From the human T2T-CHM13v2.0 reference genome, Homo sapiens: 64,000 bases of DNA. Of this stretch, positions 12,710 to 27,089 are shown one piece after another; positions within the stretch are counted from its first letter, which is position 1; each line of letters starts with the position of its first letter. The translations under genes were made by a program, and so were the position numbers. Where the stretch lies: NCBI RefSeq assembly GCF_009914755.1, contig NC_060930.1, one strand, 5' to 3'. The notes below the pieces were generated by a model that saw only the letters and a program-made list of their open reading frames with translations, had not been told where the DNA came from and ran no database searches.

Positions 12710-13745
12710 CTGACCACAGTCCTCCAAAAACTTCCCATGCAGCTTCAGGTAGAATCTCGGCTCTAGCTCATGGCCTTCAAGGCTCTGCATCATGGGCACC
12801 TGCCTCCTATTTGGACATCATAGACCCCTCTTTACTTCCCTCACTCCTGTAGTCACACTGTTTACTGTTTCCAGCTGAGTCTCTGCTCTTACTGGTCTCT
12901 GTAGCTGAAATACTCCTACCCCAGGGCTTTGCATGGATGCCGCCTTCTCATTACTCAGGTGCAGCTCAGAGAGTCCCTCTTCCACTCTTTGCCTGTCTCC
13001 CAACCTCCAATTCCCCTCTCTATGTCCCAGTCTCAAGTGGCTTGCTGTCATGGACGCCGGTCGTTGCTCCCCTGATGTTGTTTTCTCCCATGATTTTGCT
13101 CCATTAGCCATTCTGTAACTCAGGGAAGGTGTGCCTATCCGTTGGCCAGGGGCTAACCTGATCATAGTAATTCTCTTATTATCAGTGATTGGTTCATTCA
13201 TGGCATGTGACCCAGTGAGGGACCAATGAGACATGATGGGGGAAAAGTGTCTTCCCTTCTGAGAAAATGTCACTAAAGAGATGTTGCCTCTTCCTTCCCT
13301 CCAAGTTGAAGATCAGGAGGTGAGGTCTGGGTCTGCTGAGTAAGGACAGTTGACACTCAGAAGAAGGCAGCCCCCGGCGAACGGGAGAGAACCAGGATAT
13401 GGATGGAACATGCCCACACCTAGACTTCTTGTTTTGTGAGATGTTATCTCCTTCTCAAGTCCCTTTGAGTCCTGTTTTCTATTACCTGAGTGGGAAGCAT
13501 ACTAATTGATGTTTTCTTTTATATCACTCTGCTTTATTTTCTTCATGGCATTTGTCAGTTGGTGAATTATCCTGTTTATTTATTCTCATGTTTATTGCCT
13601 GTCTTCCTTACTATCAGTGAAGCTTCATTTGGACAGGAACTTACCTGTCTTGTTAACTGAATTCACAACTCCTAGAACTGTGTGAAGAGTATCGGTAGGT
13701 GACCAATAAATAGTTATTGGATGAATGAATGAATGAATGAATGGA
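12710..13745 (+). mobile_element. L2 3' region interrupted by an MLT1 LTR, ending in a (TGAA)n tail
   Basis: 'ggccttcaaggctctgcat', 'tcactctgctttattttcttcatggcattt', 'caataaatagttattggatgaatgaatgaatgaatgaa'. Confidence 0.7.
13110..13510 (+). mobile_element. Old MaLR LTR (MLT1J/K-like)
   Basis: 'gtgattggttca..ggcatgtgacccag..ccaatgagac', ending 'ttttctattacctg..aagcatactaattgat'. Confidence 0.55.
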
Positions 13746-14717
13746 GTGAGGGAGGGATGAACAAATGAAAGAATGAAGTGAGGGAGGGAGATTAATGTTG
13801 CCCTTGTATATTTTATAAAATATCATGGGGAGGGGTTGGAGAGGGCTTATGGAAGGCCGTTGCCATGCCGAGGAGTTCACAGCTAGGTATTGAGAGCCTG
13901 CCCCTTGGTTGTTGCAGTGCAGTGGGGAAGGGCCAGACAAAAGGGATGTGACAAACCTAACAGGACTTGGAACTGCGGCCAGAGTGGAAATGGGGAGAGG
14001 TGGGCTTAACTCCTGAGGCTGCACCAGGGGGTTATTGGGAGGAATAGGATGTAGGAGGAATAGCAGTTGCAATACTGGAAAACAAGGAAGTGTATTTTGG
14101 AAGTGTAGGATATTAAGTGCCAGTTAGGCATCAGTGTGGAGCTCTAGCTGGTAGTTGAGAATGTAGAAATGAAGACAGACTACTTTTATAATCAGAAGAA
14201 AATATCCCTCTTTCTTTATAAAGATAATCAGGCCTGGCAATTGGTACTTCTCTTTCCTAGTTATTATGCCTGACTCAAAAGCAGACTCCATGTCCAATTC
14301 AATTTATGTGGCCAGAGCCCCTGTTTTATGTGCCTATCATAATAATTTGTGTATAATTCCTTTATTAGAACAAAACCAAAACCAAGTAAAGACCTTGACT
14401 GTCCTTGGGTCTAACAGGGCTAAACAGAGCTAGTTCTAAGAATACTTAGATGGTCAGAGATTAGCCAGGAACTAGTTTCTGAGCAGTGTCTCAGCTCACA
14501 ACAGACCTCCTTCAGGTATTCCCTATCTCATTACCCTAGCTTATTGTCTTCCTGCCGACACTTCCTGCTTTCCTGAAATACCACTTTTATTTGTTTGACC
14601 CATGAGAACAGGGTTGATTAATGCCAATTGTGACTATTATAAGGCCTAGTTGACTTGAGTTAGAGAATGCTACAATGTTTTCACTTGTCTTGTCTCACTG
14701 CGGCATCTCCAGGACAT

Positions 14718-15346
<629 letters not shown>

Positions 15347-15539
15347 TCAATATGTGTGGAATCCAACTGAAAGAGCGCAGATTGATGTGGCTGTAACAGG
15401 GGCTCCAGATAATTTCATTAGCCTAACCTGTGACCAGTTACTATTTAACCTGGCTGTCTATTGGTAGCTTTTTCCAATTCTAGATAAAATCCTAGTATGG
15501 TACAGACAGATAGGTGGTGATCATATATCTTTCACTTGT

Positions 15540-15720
15540 ATGATGCTTTTACAGATTATTTTCTTACTATCTGATCTCATCCTGACAGCTAATCTTGGGA
15601 ATAGACAGGAATATCATTTCCGTTTTATGAAACAGGAAGCTTAGGCACAGAGAGGTTAAGTGTCCTTAATAACTCATGGCAGAAGCATGAGTAGAGCATG
15701 AGCCTCCTGTTTCCCAGACC
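15540..15720 (-). mobile_element. MIR, antisense
   Basis: 'ccgttttatgaaacaggaagcttaggcacagagaggttaagtgtcctt'. Confidence 0.65.
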
Positions 15721-17199
15721 CTGGCTGGAGCTCCCCATCTGTTCATCCCAATCTATGCTACCAATGAACATAGAATACATGTCCAGATGCCCAGGCAAGA
15801 TAAGCGTTCAAACCACCATGATTCTCTCACATCGACTGAGTGCCCCTGTCTTGCAAGTGCGGAACAACCAGCACCACCACTAAAATGGTGGTTCGTCCAG
15901 GGTGCTTCCCTGGCTTCCCCCAAATTAGTGCTCTTCGGGCTGTGTATACCTAGTCTGAGCTGCCATGAGTGGCCAGATGGTTGTGGTTTGTTCATTCCCT
16001 CTTGGTGGCCACAAAGCAGGGCTTCCCAGGATTGCGTTATTCTCCCTCTGAGCCAAGGAGAGAGTGCTCAGGCCTGCAGGGGAGTGAGACAGAGCCCCAA
16101 ATACTTGCTGAAAGTGCCAATATTTTTAGAAGCTCCCTATCTTTTCTTGACTATAAAATATACAAATTATAAACACCATCATATATTCACATTTATTTTA
16201 GTATGTAAAAGCAATTAGTTTGTTTGTTATGTAGTAAAATTATGGCTTCTGGGAATTCCATCGGGGTGAACCCGTGAATCTGTATCCTGGACATACTTGC
16301 AATGCGTATCAGCCTGTAGTCACTTTTGCTTAGGTTAAGGGTCTGGCCATCTGAGCACAGTTGGTTCTCTGTGTACGGTCTTTTCACTTGTCATCCCTTT
16401 TTTAGGGAAACCCTCCTTGGGGTTACAACATTTAACATGCTGCCTACAAAATGTGTTGGGTGTGTGCCCTCTTTCTTGTTGGCATTGTTAGATTCTACTC
16501 ATTGTATTCAAAATGTCATATTCCATTCCAGGAGATACCACAGTGGGAGAGGCAACATGACATAGAGTGCATTTTAGGAGGCTGAAGCAGGAATTGAGTT
16601 CTACTTTGCTTTAGTGTTCATGCGTTTGACCAGGGGACAGTCTTTTCTTGAAAACCCAGGACAGCAAAGTCTCCAGATAGTCATCTAGTTTTAACTCCCA
16701 GCAGGATAAAAGCATTTCTAATACACAGTTGTTTATCTTTTAAATTTTGTCATCTTTCTGATCCATAACTTCTACTTTTACATTATATATCCACAGAAGT
16801 TATAACTTCTTATAACAAATGCTGTTACAGCTCAAATCTCTGCATAATAAAGCAATTGCTAAAGCCCTGTGCAGTGACCCAGTTCAGGCGGTATCGTGTA
16901 TATAAAATTCCACAGCGATTTAAAAAAATCATTCTGGTTTGAATTATTTTATTAACTCCACATTACAACTTAATTGTATGGTTAGGTAACAACTTTAAAG
17001 CAGTTAAGCCAAAACCCACACAGCCACACCTGAATATACCAGTCTCAGGGAGACACCAGCTAGCTATATTGATGCACCCTGTTCTAGCACAACCCTCTGC
17101 TCCTCAGGAGAAGGAGAAGGGCAGGACCATTGGAAGAGTTAGGGACCTACGGCCCCCTTCTGTCATGTCTGTGTCTGCACAGATCTTTCCAAAGAGTAG

Positions 17200-17580
17200 A
17201 TTATTGGCTTAGTGTTAACCTGGAGGAATATTTCTAGTTGGGGTGATGCAGAGCCCTGTCCTCAGAACTGTCTGGTTCACGATTTTTATCAACGACTTTG
17301 ATGAAGACATGTTTATCAAACTGGCAGTTGACGCAAGGCTGGGAGGATAGCTAATGTGATTAGTGACTTGATCTTGAGTCAAGAAAATCATGATCGTCTA
17401 AACGGATGCGCCAGAAATAACAGGGTGAAAAATAGTAAAGTTAAATATGAAGCCTTCAAATTAGGTTTAAAAAATTAATTGCACAACTCCAGAGTGGAAA
17501 GAAGTGGAGGATGTAATTTGTCACAGATTCAATATGAGTTAACTTATAATAAGGCTGTTGAAAAATGCAGGCAATATTAT
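17200..17580 (+). mobile_element. L3/CR1 LINE reverse-transcriptase fossil
   Basis: From ~17276 it reads FTIFINDFDEDMFIKLAVDARLGG, compare CR1 RT 'FNIFINDLD....KFADDTKLGG'; a downstream segment resembles 'KCKVLHLG..N'. Confidence 0.75.
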
Positions 17581-19734
17581 AGAAGTACATATACAGCTCA
17601 AAAAAAGTAAGAACATGGCGCAGAACGCATCTGGTTTATTGTATCCGGTGTTTCTTTTCTCTTCCTGACCTGAGATATACTAAAATTCAAAGATTACCTA
17701 ATGGCATACCTGTTTTAGTAAGTTAAGTGCAAATATTCTAACTGCAAGTTGAGATAGGTTGAGACATGTGACTTTTGGATAAACTCTTTGAGGTAAGAAT
17801 GACGGTTTCAAGCACATTTTGGGAAATTGTCAAAGATCTGGAGTAAGTCCTGCCCTTTGCTATCTCCTTCTTGCCTCTCTGCCACTCTGTCCCCTTCCCT
17901 CAAATAAAAACTTCTGCTACCACTGTCACTTAAAGCAAAGCTACCAAATAGGTGGCTTCTTTTCTGACTGAGTTGCCTGCAATCTTTTATCCTTCCTCCT
18001 TCCTCCTAGGTTTAACTGCATGGTGAATTTATAGTGTCATAATGGATGTCTCTTTAAAGCAGGATTCTGCAGGATCTATAGAAGACTAAAAATGAAAACA
18101 ACATCGAGTGTGTATGAGTGTGTGTATGTGCACACGCATACGTGCATTTGTGCATGTGCTAGTCTGTTGGTCGAAGCCATTTTGCAAAATTAAAAATGAA
18201 AGCACTCTTTAAAACAGTCTTTGCAGTTAGCCTGCAGCACAGTGTTCACTGGCAGCAGGAAAAGGCAGTGAGTCCTTTATGCACGTCTTACACCTCCCTT
18301 TCAACTCCCTGTCTCTCCCCGCTGGAAAGAGAAATATTCTGGCACAAGCATCTTCTCGTCTCGGTTCAGAACGGGTACCACCTGCCTCCAGAGCCCAGGG
18401 GAGCCCTCCGTGTGTTCCTGCCCAGGCACACCACATGGAAATGTGGACACAGTGCCAGGCGGACGTGTTAATAGGCAGGGAAGGGGGAGGGGATGTGTAA
18501 AGCACTGCAAAGCTTTTAGCCACAGCCACCTACTTATTAGCTAGTTAAGGCTGCCCATGGTGTTGTGAAGGGAGAGTGAAGACATGGGGCACATTGCAAG
18601 CTGTCCATTGGACACAGGGCAAGTTGTAATTACTACCACAGTTTCTTTTCTTTTGTCGTTTTTCTGGATCTGCCTCAGTTCATTGTTCTTAGACTTGGGA
18701 AGGGGAGAAGCTGTCTCCAGCCATTTGTTACAAGTAGTCTAGAATCTGTGCCCATTAAGTTGACTCTTTGAAAGAAAACAACAATTTGATGCCATTTTCT
18801 ATCCCGAGGCCCTTGTCCTTTAGAGTCACAGTCCTATTTATTTATTGCTTGCATTTGGCATGCACAGCTTCAAGAGAATTTCCTTTTAAATTTCTCACTG
18901 GTCGTTTGAGCTTATCCAGCCTTTCCCTGGGAATTTGGGGTGTCAGTATGCATTCTGACAGGGATACTTAGGCGGATTGGAATGGCAGGCTGTTAAAAAG
19001 ACCCCCCCTTACTTCCAGATCCACTCTCGTGGTCTGCTCTGTGATGCTGTATTTTCACACGTGGAGACGCAGCTCTTAGGATGGCTTCTTGCTCCTCCCT
19101 AAGTATCTGTGGATATGCTTGAGGACTGTCCTCGTAAGTTCCTTCTCAGCATGAATCGGTTCATCAGAGGCTTTCTTGAAGGAAGGTCGTACCAGAGTGG
19201 GGACTGGGTCTCATGAAACGGAGAGGAAAGAAGCCGAGGAAACATGCTTCCTCTTTCTTAGAAACCTCAGGTTTTTATTGGATAAGTAAATAGTAATATC
19301 CGTCTCATAGGATTGCCAGCTTACATCTTTTTTTTTTTGAATCAGATGGAAAATAAATAAATGCCACATTTCAAAAAGTCTAGGAAGCACAATCCCTCCT
19401 CACATTTTTATATTTCTGGTATCAGTATTTGATATCAGTACAATCCATATTATCTTTCAATCATTTTGGCAGAATTCTTTTTTTCTAGTGGTAAATTACA
19501 CAGCATCTTATTATCTCTGATTTGATGCAATATGGTTTAACTGACCAGGACTGTTGCTGGATTAAATGAAGTAAGGTGAGGCATGCGGAACTCTACAAAT
19601 GCCCACTTAATGTTTTTGAGAGTGGGCCCTTTTTCCTGAGGTTCATTAATGGAGAGCATAAACATGGAGAGAGACTTGGAATCCTGACCTCTTAGTGGAT
19701 TTCTAGGGATGCTCTTGTCCTTCTTTGCTTCCTC

Positions 19735-20005
19735 CAGGTATTGAACACTCGAATGCCAGGTGGTGTGCTAGGTACAAGCTTCCTGGAAGTGAAGGACACC
19801 CTTATCCCCAGGGAGGTGAGAGTCTAGTGGAGACAGACAGAGCAGCACCCATTTGAAAATCACTGTGATGAGCACTGCAAGGTGCTGGGGAAGCACAGAG
19901 AAAAAAACCTCAGCTCAGTTGACGTGGGGCTGGGTAGGAAAAGCTTCAAGGAGGGGGCCACTGGGCTGAGTCCTAAAGGACAATGATGGATTAGCTAGGA
20001 AAGTT
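19735..20005 (-). mobile_element. L2 fragment, antisense
   Basis: 'attgaacactc..tgccaggtggtgtgctaggtac..gtctagtggagacagac..gggctgagtcctaaagga'. Confidence 0.6.
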
Positions 20006-20069
20006 CAGAGTCAGCACTTTCCAGAAATTACAGTTGGGAAAATCGTGCATGTTCTCATTTGTAAAGAAG

Positions 20070-20548
20070 CCTGCCTTGGGTGTACCTGTGTTTCCTCCTC
20101 ATGACCCAGCTCTGGTTTCTGCCACAGCTGCATTGGAAGGAATTGCTGGAGCTCTGACTGACCACTGCTGCCAGGGCCCACAAGGAGCCATACGCACATC
20201 TATCCACCTCTGCCTGGGACTTCTCCAGCTCTGTAGGCACTCCTTGGGTCCATGTACAAGAGCATTATGGAATGGCAGCCCTCAAATAAGGAGGGATGGG
20301 AGCTGGTGGATAGATACCCCAAACTGCTGGGTTCTCCTTCAAGCTGACAATTTCTAAAAGTATTCAGTGCAGTGGATACTATTGCTCACAGTAGCAATCT
20401 CAAAACACACCTTTATCGTAGCTTTTCTCCTTTTATCACTCCCCCTGCTCCTGCACTCTATCTTTATGTGATCAATTCCCAAAAGACCCACCTACAACAA
20501 AGTCCTTGTCTTTGGCTCTGCTTTTGGAGCAACCCAAAGTAATTCAGT
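20070..20548 (+). mobile_element. LTR16-like ERVL LTR
   Basis: 3' end 'aagtccttgtctttggctctgcttttggagcaacccaaagtaa'; internal 'ttgctcacagtagcaa'. Confidence 0.6.
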
Positions 20549-20588
20549 ATTGACTTTTTTTCACAGTACTAACTTAAAGCTTATATTA

Positions 20589-20897
20589 GGCCAGGCCTGG
20601 TGGCTCATGGCTATAATCCCAGGCCAAGGCAGGCGGGTCACCTGAGGTCACGAGGTCAAGATCAGCCTGGCCAACATGACAAAACCCTGTCTTACTAAAA
20701 ATACAAAAATTAACCAAGCTTGATTGTACATACCTGTAGTCCCAGCTACTCAGGAAGCTGAGGCAAGAGCATTGCCTGAACCCAGGAGGCAGAGGTTGCA
20801 GTGAGCCAAAATTGAGTCATTGTACTCCAGCCTGGGTGACAGAGTGAGACTCTGTCTCAAAAAATAAATAAATAAATAAATAATAAAAATGAATAAA
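20589..20897 (+). mobile_element. AluS (Sx/Sz-like) with a small left-arm deletion
   Basis: 'cacctgaggtca..cctggccaacatg'; (AAAT)n tail; TSD aaagcttRtRtta. Confidence 0.9.
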
Positions 20898-21179
20898 TAA
20901 AGCTTGTGTTAAGGAGACTTAGAATATGGTATAAAACTGGCTCAACAAAGGTAGCCCAAGAGATGGAGATGAAGAAGAGGATGAGCAGGTGAGGGGGGGC
21001 ATTAAGACAAAGACAACCAGAGCTTGTGGATAGAAGGTATAGCTGTACATGCATTTCTAAGCCTGAAGTGGTTCATGGAGTAATTTGAACGGATTCAGGG
21101 CCTGCCACCAACACCAGAATACTCCAGGGGAAAAAGGAGACTTGGAAGTTTGAAATGCCCAGTAAAACTTACAGGCAAT

Positions 21180-21322
21180 AGCTACTGAGGAGGCTGAGGC
21201 TAGAGGATTGCTTGAACCCAGGAGTTTGAGGCTGCAGTGAGCTAGAATCATGCCACTGCACTCCACCCTGGGCAACAGAATGAGTGAGACCCTGTCTCTA
21301 AAAGTAAACAAAAACAAAAGTG
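21180..21322 (+). mobile_element. 5'-truncated AluJ/FRAM right monomer
   Basis: 'gctactgaggaggctgagg..ggattgcttgaacccaggagtttgaggctgcagtgag..gagaccctgtctct'; degenerate TSD aaaac...caggcaa. Confidence 0.85.
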
Positions 21323-21574
21323 AAAAACGTTCAGGCAAACACATAAATAAGTGATTCCATTATTTCTGGATGGGCCAAGGGGGACATACAGAAGGCAGTG
21401 TTCCAAAAGTAATCATAATGGTTGAGTTGAATTCATTATGCTGTGAAGGAATTATCTGGTAATGGTTATGTGGCATTGGTGCATTACCAATCAGAAGTTA
21501 GAAGGAAATCATGATCTTCCTCATCATGTATTTGCGTCTAATCAGAATCGTGTGAATATTAGGTTTTAGGTGGC

Positions 21575-21770
21575 AACACAGTCCATTAGAGCTTGCAGTG
21601 ATGATGGGAATGTTCCATATCTGTGCTGTCCAGTATGGTAGCCACTAACCACATGTGACTGGTGAACTTGAGTTCCAATTGAGTGTAACTGAGGAACTGC
21701 GTTTTAAGATTACTTAGTTTTAATTAGTATAAACTGAAATAGCCACTGACTGCTTTATTGGACAGTGAAG
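21575..21770 (+). mobile_element. MER3 (hAT-Charlie) MITE
   Basis: 'gatgatgggaatgttccatatctgtgctgtccagtatggtagccactaaccacatgtg..actgaggaactg..attggacagtg'. Confidence 0.8.
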
Positions 21771-22752
21771 TTTAGAGCATAAGGAAAAGATACAAAATAC
21801 TGAAGTCTCACGTGTAACCTCTGGGAAACCTGGGGACAGTCAGTGGTCCCAGGGTGAAAAAGAAAAGGATAGTTTGCTTTACTCTGCAAGCCCCAGAAGG
21901 TCCTCACATCCCAGGAATCACAGGAGTGGCCTGGAGGGTGTGTCAGAGAGAAACCTCCTAGCTGGATTGAAGGGCACAGTGAGTTTCCAAAGGGACTCTG
22001 TTGTTGCTGAGAGAATGGTATCCTTAGTGCGTGCAGCTGAAGGCCAGGCAGACGGGGGCACAGCTGTTCACCTCTCTGAGGGGGCCTGGACTCCTGGGGC
22101 TGTGTTTGTGCTAGTTTTCAGGAACCCCTGTGAAAAAGCCAGATTAGACACTGTGGGTGTTCTGGAGACCTGAAGAGGCCCCGGAGGAGCCCTCCCTGGG
22201 CACTCAGTTGGTGGAGAGGAGAGAGGCTCTTCCTCCCAAAGAGGGAGAAAGCCCATGGCCTTAGCTATTCTGCTTGAATTAGTTGAACTTATTGGCTACT
22301 CCTGTGACCCTGGTACATGCACCATTTTTTTCAGCTTCTACAGAAATTTTGTTTCATGGCCAAGTCAGTGGACTCGGAGCTGCCTCTCCTTTGATGTAGC
22401 ATTGAGTGTGGTGTCTCACTTTTCTCCTTTGTAAAATGGGCATACTTTGCTCATGAGATTGTTTTAAATAAGACATGAGATAATGAATGCAAATGCAGTT
22501 TGTAAATGTTAAGTGTTGTTTTGGAGGCTGACTGTACAAAACTTAATGAGGGCATACCTTGGTCAGCATTTTTTGCCTTCTCTTAGGCTTGCTTGATCCC
22601 TTAAATACTCTAATGGGAAATAGGAAACTTCTCACATGATGCAGTTCTTAACGTTGTCTTCATACTGTTAAGATTTAAAGTGGGGGGGACTGGGCTTGAA
22701 ATCCTTTTTCCTGGGGGGCAGTGACTGTGGGGCTAAGAGTATAGCTCTCAGG

Positions 22753-22947
22753 CCGGGGGCCGCAGACTTTCTCTGTAAAGAGCCTGATAGTAAATACTTT
22801 AGGCTTCGTAGGCTTTATACTGTCTCTGTTGTATCTTTGTCTTTTTTTAGATCTTTTAACAAATGTAAAAAACATTTTTTTGCTCAAGACCATCCAAAAC
22901 AAGCTACTGGACACATTTGACCTGCAGCTTCGGTTTGTCAACTCCTG
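22753..22947 (+). mobile_element. MER58-family hAT-Charlie MITE
   Basis: 'actttctctgtaaagagcctgatagtaaatactttaggctt'; ends 'gtttgtcaactcctg'. Confidence 0.75.
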
Positions 22948-22955
22948 CTCTAGAG

Positions 22956-23157
22956 TGCCCTGTCCTGCAGGGTGGCCATGAGCCGCACATGGCTGTGTAC
23001 ATCCAAATGAATTAGAATTCGGTACCACTGAGATTTCAGTTCCTTGGCTGGCCACATTCCAAGTGCCCACTAGCCACATGTGGCTGGTGCCTACTGAACT
23101 GGGCTGCACAGACACAGAACATTTCCCGCACTCAGGAAGTTCCGTCGGGCAGCCCTG
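22956..23157 (-). mobile_element. MER3 MITE, antisense
   Basis: 'ttcagttccttggctggccacattccaagtgcccactagccacatgtggctggtg..agaacatttcc..gaagttcc'. Confidence 0.75.
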
Positions 23158-23169
23158 CTCCAGAATTAG

Positions 23170-23358
23170 GTGGAATCCAACTTTGCCACTGCTAACCTTG
23201 GGGACTTAGACTAGTTATTCATTATTTCTGAACTTCTTTTCCCTGCAACTATAACGTGGAAATTATAGCATTACCTCTCTCAAGGATATGGCAAGGATTT
23301 AATGAATATAAAGTGCTTAGCACAGGGCCATTCACACTCAGTAAATGTTAGCTATTAA
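23170..23358 (+). mobile_element. MIR
   Basis: 'aaagtgcttagcacagggcc..cactcagtaaatgttagctatta' MIR 3' end. Confidence 0.6.
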
Positions 23359-24599
23359 TAGAGAAACAGATGCATTTCTGTTACTACTCATTTTAGTAAA
23401 GCTTAACTTTTTATATATTATATATTTTTATATTTGGAAAAGGGATTATCATCCTCACTACAGGACACCTGGGAAGTCAGAGATGAGGTTTTGGTTTTAG
23501 TCTCAGTAGTTGACCAGAGAAAGGGAAGTGTTTCCCTGAGCCCCAAACCCTGTTTCCACGCAGAACAGGTCTGTTCTTGTTATGACTTGTTTTTATTTTA
23601 GCCTTCTATTCAGGTGAGTTCTCACTCTGTGGTAATTTCATGAAAAATTTGTGGTAAATCTTTGTTCAGCTTAGTGGTGGGGTTAGAGATAAAAGTTATC
23701 TCACAGGGGAGAAGTCTCCACCGTCAGAACTTCTGAGTAAATGATTGCTTTCCCTTTGCTTGTGAGGAGGGATAGCCAGTGCTGTATTGATAAGCTTCTC
23801 TTTCAATACTAGTATATTTTGTTGCTGAACAACAGGACTTTTAAAATATATTGTTAATGAGCCAAATGTGATGCCAGGAGGTCAGCATGTTGAGGTGTGG
23901 ACTTAAGCTTTGCATTGCTTTCCTTCATCCCCCGTGGTCAGCTGTCAGCCACGTTTCCATCATGGGAATGCATGCACAGGCCACAAGGAGTTAATCCTTC
24001 TGTCCTTCCAAGCAAAATGATCTACCTCTGTCTTCTGTGAAGAGAGATCATGGTTTTTAAAAGCTAATATGATAATGGCAGTATTATTAGCAATCTCAAA
24101 TGAATCTTTGATCAGTTGAATTGTTTGATTTACCTACTCATTCATCAGATTTTTTGTGCCGTGAACATCACACAGAATCCTAGAAGGGCACCGTCACTGA
24201 CAGAAATGAAGCTGGTTGGATATTGGCTGCTCATGTCCAGGGGTATTGATGATTCTTTCAAATAAATCTCAAAGTAAGGTATGCATAAAAAGATAACACT
24301 CAGCTGATATAACATTGCTTATACAGAGAAGGTTTTTCATTTGTTTGTCTTTCAGTTTCCACATCCAGGTGTTGTGCTGTTTCCCTGGACCTCCGGGTTC
24401 ATCACACAGCCTCTGGTGCACCTACCTGGGTGCCAACGTTGTAGGAAGAAGCTGTCTGCACTGACAGGCTTGTGGAGGCGAGCTAAACTCCATAACCCCA
24501 TGACTGTACATCCTGAAGCAGAGTTAGGGAGAACCAGTCTCCAATGACCACTGACAAAAACAGAATCAAAGTGATAATAGAACCAACCAGCACTACAAT

Positions 24600-24850
24600 T
24601 CCTAACATATAGTGTGCACTCAGCAACCATGTGGCAGGTACCAAGGTCAAAAACATACCTCAATGATATGTTTTTATGTTTAATACCTACAACAGCCGTG
24701 TGTATTTGGCACTATCGTTGCTATTCCCATGTTACCCATTACAGAGTGGAGGCCTAGAGAAGATAATTTGCCTGAAGTCGCACGTTTCAGTCAGTGGCAG
24801 AGCCAGATTCAACCCTAGCTGGTCTGAGGGCAGATTCTGTGGTCTCCCCA
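24600..24850 (-). mobile_element. MIR, antisense
   Basis: 'ggaggcctagagaagataatttgcctgaagtcgcac..agtggcagagccagattcaaccc'. Confidence 0.6.
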
Positions 24851-26084
24851 ACACGCATGGGTTCTCTTTTTGTCTCTGCACTCACTGACATCTGATGTAG
24901 GTACGTGGCTTTAATACTCAGGGCCTCCTCTGGAAAATGAATGGTTTGACCAGACTGCTCCAAAGACCTTTGGTCATTGACATACCGTGGTTTTTTTAGA
25001 TCCTGCAGTCATCAGACCCCTCAGTGGCTTTACTTGCTTACGTCACCTGGTCTCCATGAGGACACATGCTCCATGTGTGTGGCATGTGGAAAGGCTCAGT
25101 AAGCATTGATGAGCAGACTGACTTCCATATTATCCTGTGTTGTAGGGGCATGGAAGCTGGACTCTGGGGCTTATTCTGGAGAATATTCTCTCCTTGAAGC
25201 AGTGTTCTTTGCTTGAAGATTATTTCTTTTGGATTTTACTCTTCATCAGAAAGTAGATGTTATGATCAGCTGTGTCCTTGGATAAATGTGTTTTCTCCTG
25301 TGCCCTGGAGTTCATCTTTTGCTTTCGTGTTAAGCCTAGACCCTTTTTTACCTCTGTCTCTCTGAATCTTCCCTAACTTGATCCCAACTTTCCCCTAACA
25401 GTAGTGATTGGAATGCTCAAACTTCAAGGAAAAAAGTACAGACATACATTAGTGATAATGTTCAAAAGGCTATCGTTAGTCAGATTGTAATTCTGTTCCT
25501 TGTGGAGAACTTTTTCACTGGTTCTATATATATGAAGTACTCAGGCTTCCACCAGTTCTATCAGAGCTGAAGGATTTAGTAGGGTCAATATCTACTATTG
25601 CACTGCCTAAATATTTCTAATCTAATGTACTTATATTTGATTCCATGGACAGAATTATTTGCTCTGTACTAATATTTGGCCATATATGAAGTCATCATTA
25701 CAATGTGTTCATATTCACCTGTTCATGCTCAAATGAATAATTTTACAGTACAGTGCTGAAGAAAATATTGTAGATTTTTGTTTATTTGCTGTAGATCTCT
25801 TTTGTGAAAGAGAATGGGTTTAATGGAGCATAAGAGTTTAGTTGGGACTTGTTGAATTTGAGGTGCCTCTTAGAAATCTCGTGTCTTTGCAGAACTTCAG
25901 CCATTATCTTTGGTAAAATCACCCACCTAACTTCTCTTTCAGTCTCTGGCTTTTATTTGGCTTTTAAATACTTCATACTCCGCATATCTAAATCTGAATC
26001 CATCATTTCTTCCTGCTTTCCTCAGACACACACATGTACATGCCTGTTTCTTTTTCAGGTGTTCGGATTTCTTTTAATGTTTTC

Positions 26085-26707
<623 letters not shown>

Positions 26708-27089
26708 TCAATGTTATCATGACATTTGAATTTCTCCTTTGATTCTCTTTCATCTCCAGTCAGTTGACAAATTCAGTCAGTTCAACCCTTGTAATATGCT
26801 TCCATCTCTTTCCTTCTCTCTACGCACGACGCCATTACTTCAGTTCTGGGCTTTATCACTCTTTCCTGTACAGGCATATTAGTCTTCAGATAGGCCTACC
26901 AGTCACTAGTCTCTTTTGAATTTGATTTTTGATTATTAATTGCTGGTTATTATTATAGAAAGTTTTTGCATTTTATGTATAGTGAACTTACGTTGGAATA
27001 AATAGGTTATGAAAATTTTATAAAATTGTAATAAATTGCCATAGTTTTCTTTGAAGTTGAAAAGCATATAATGCCATGCACATAATAAT

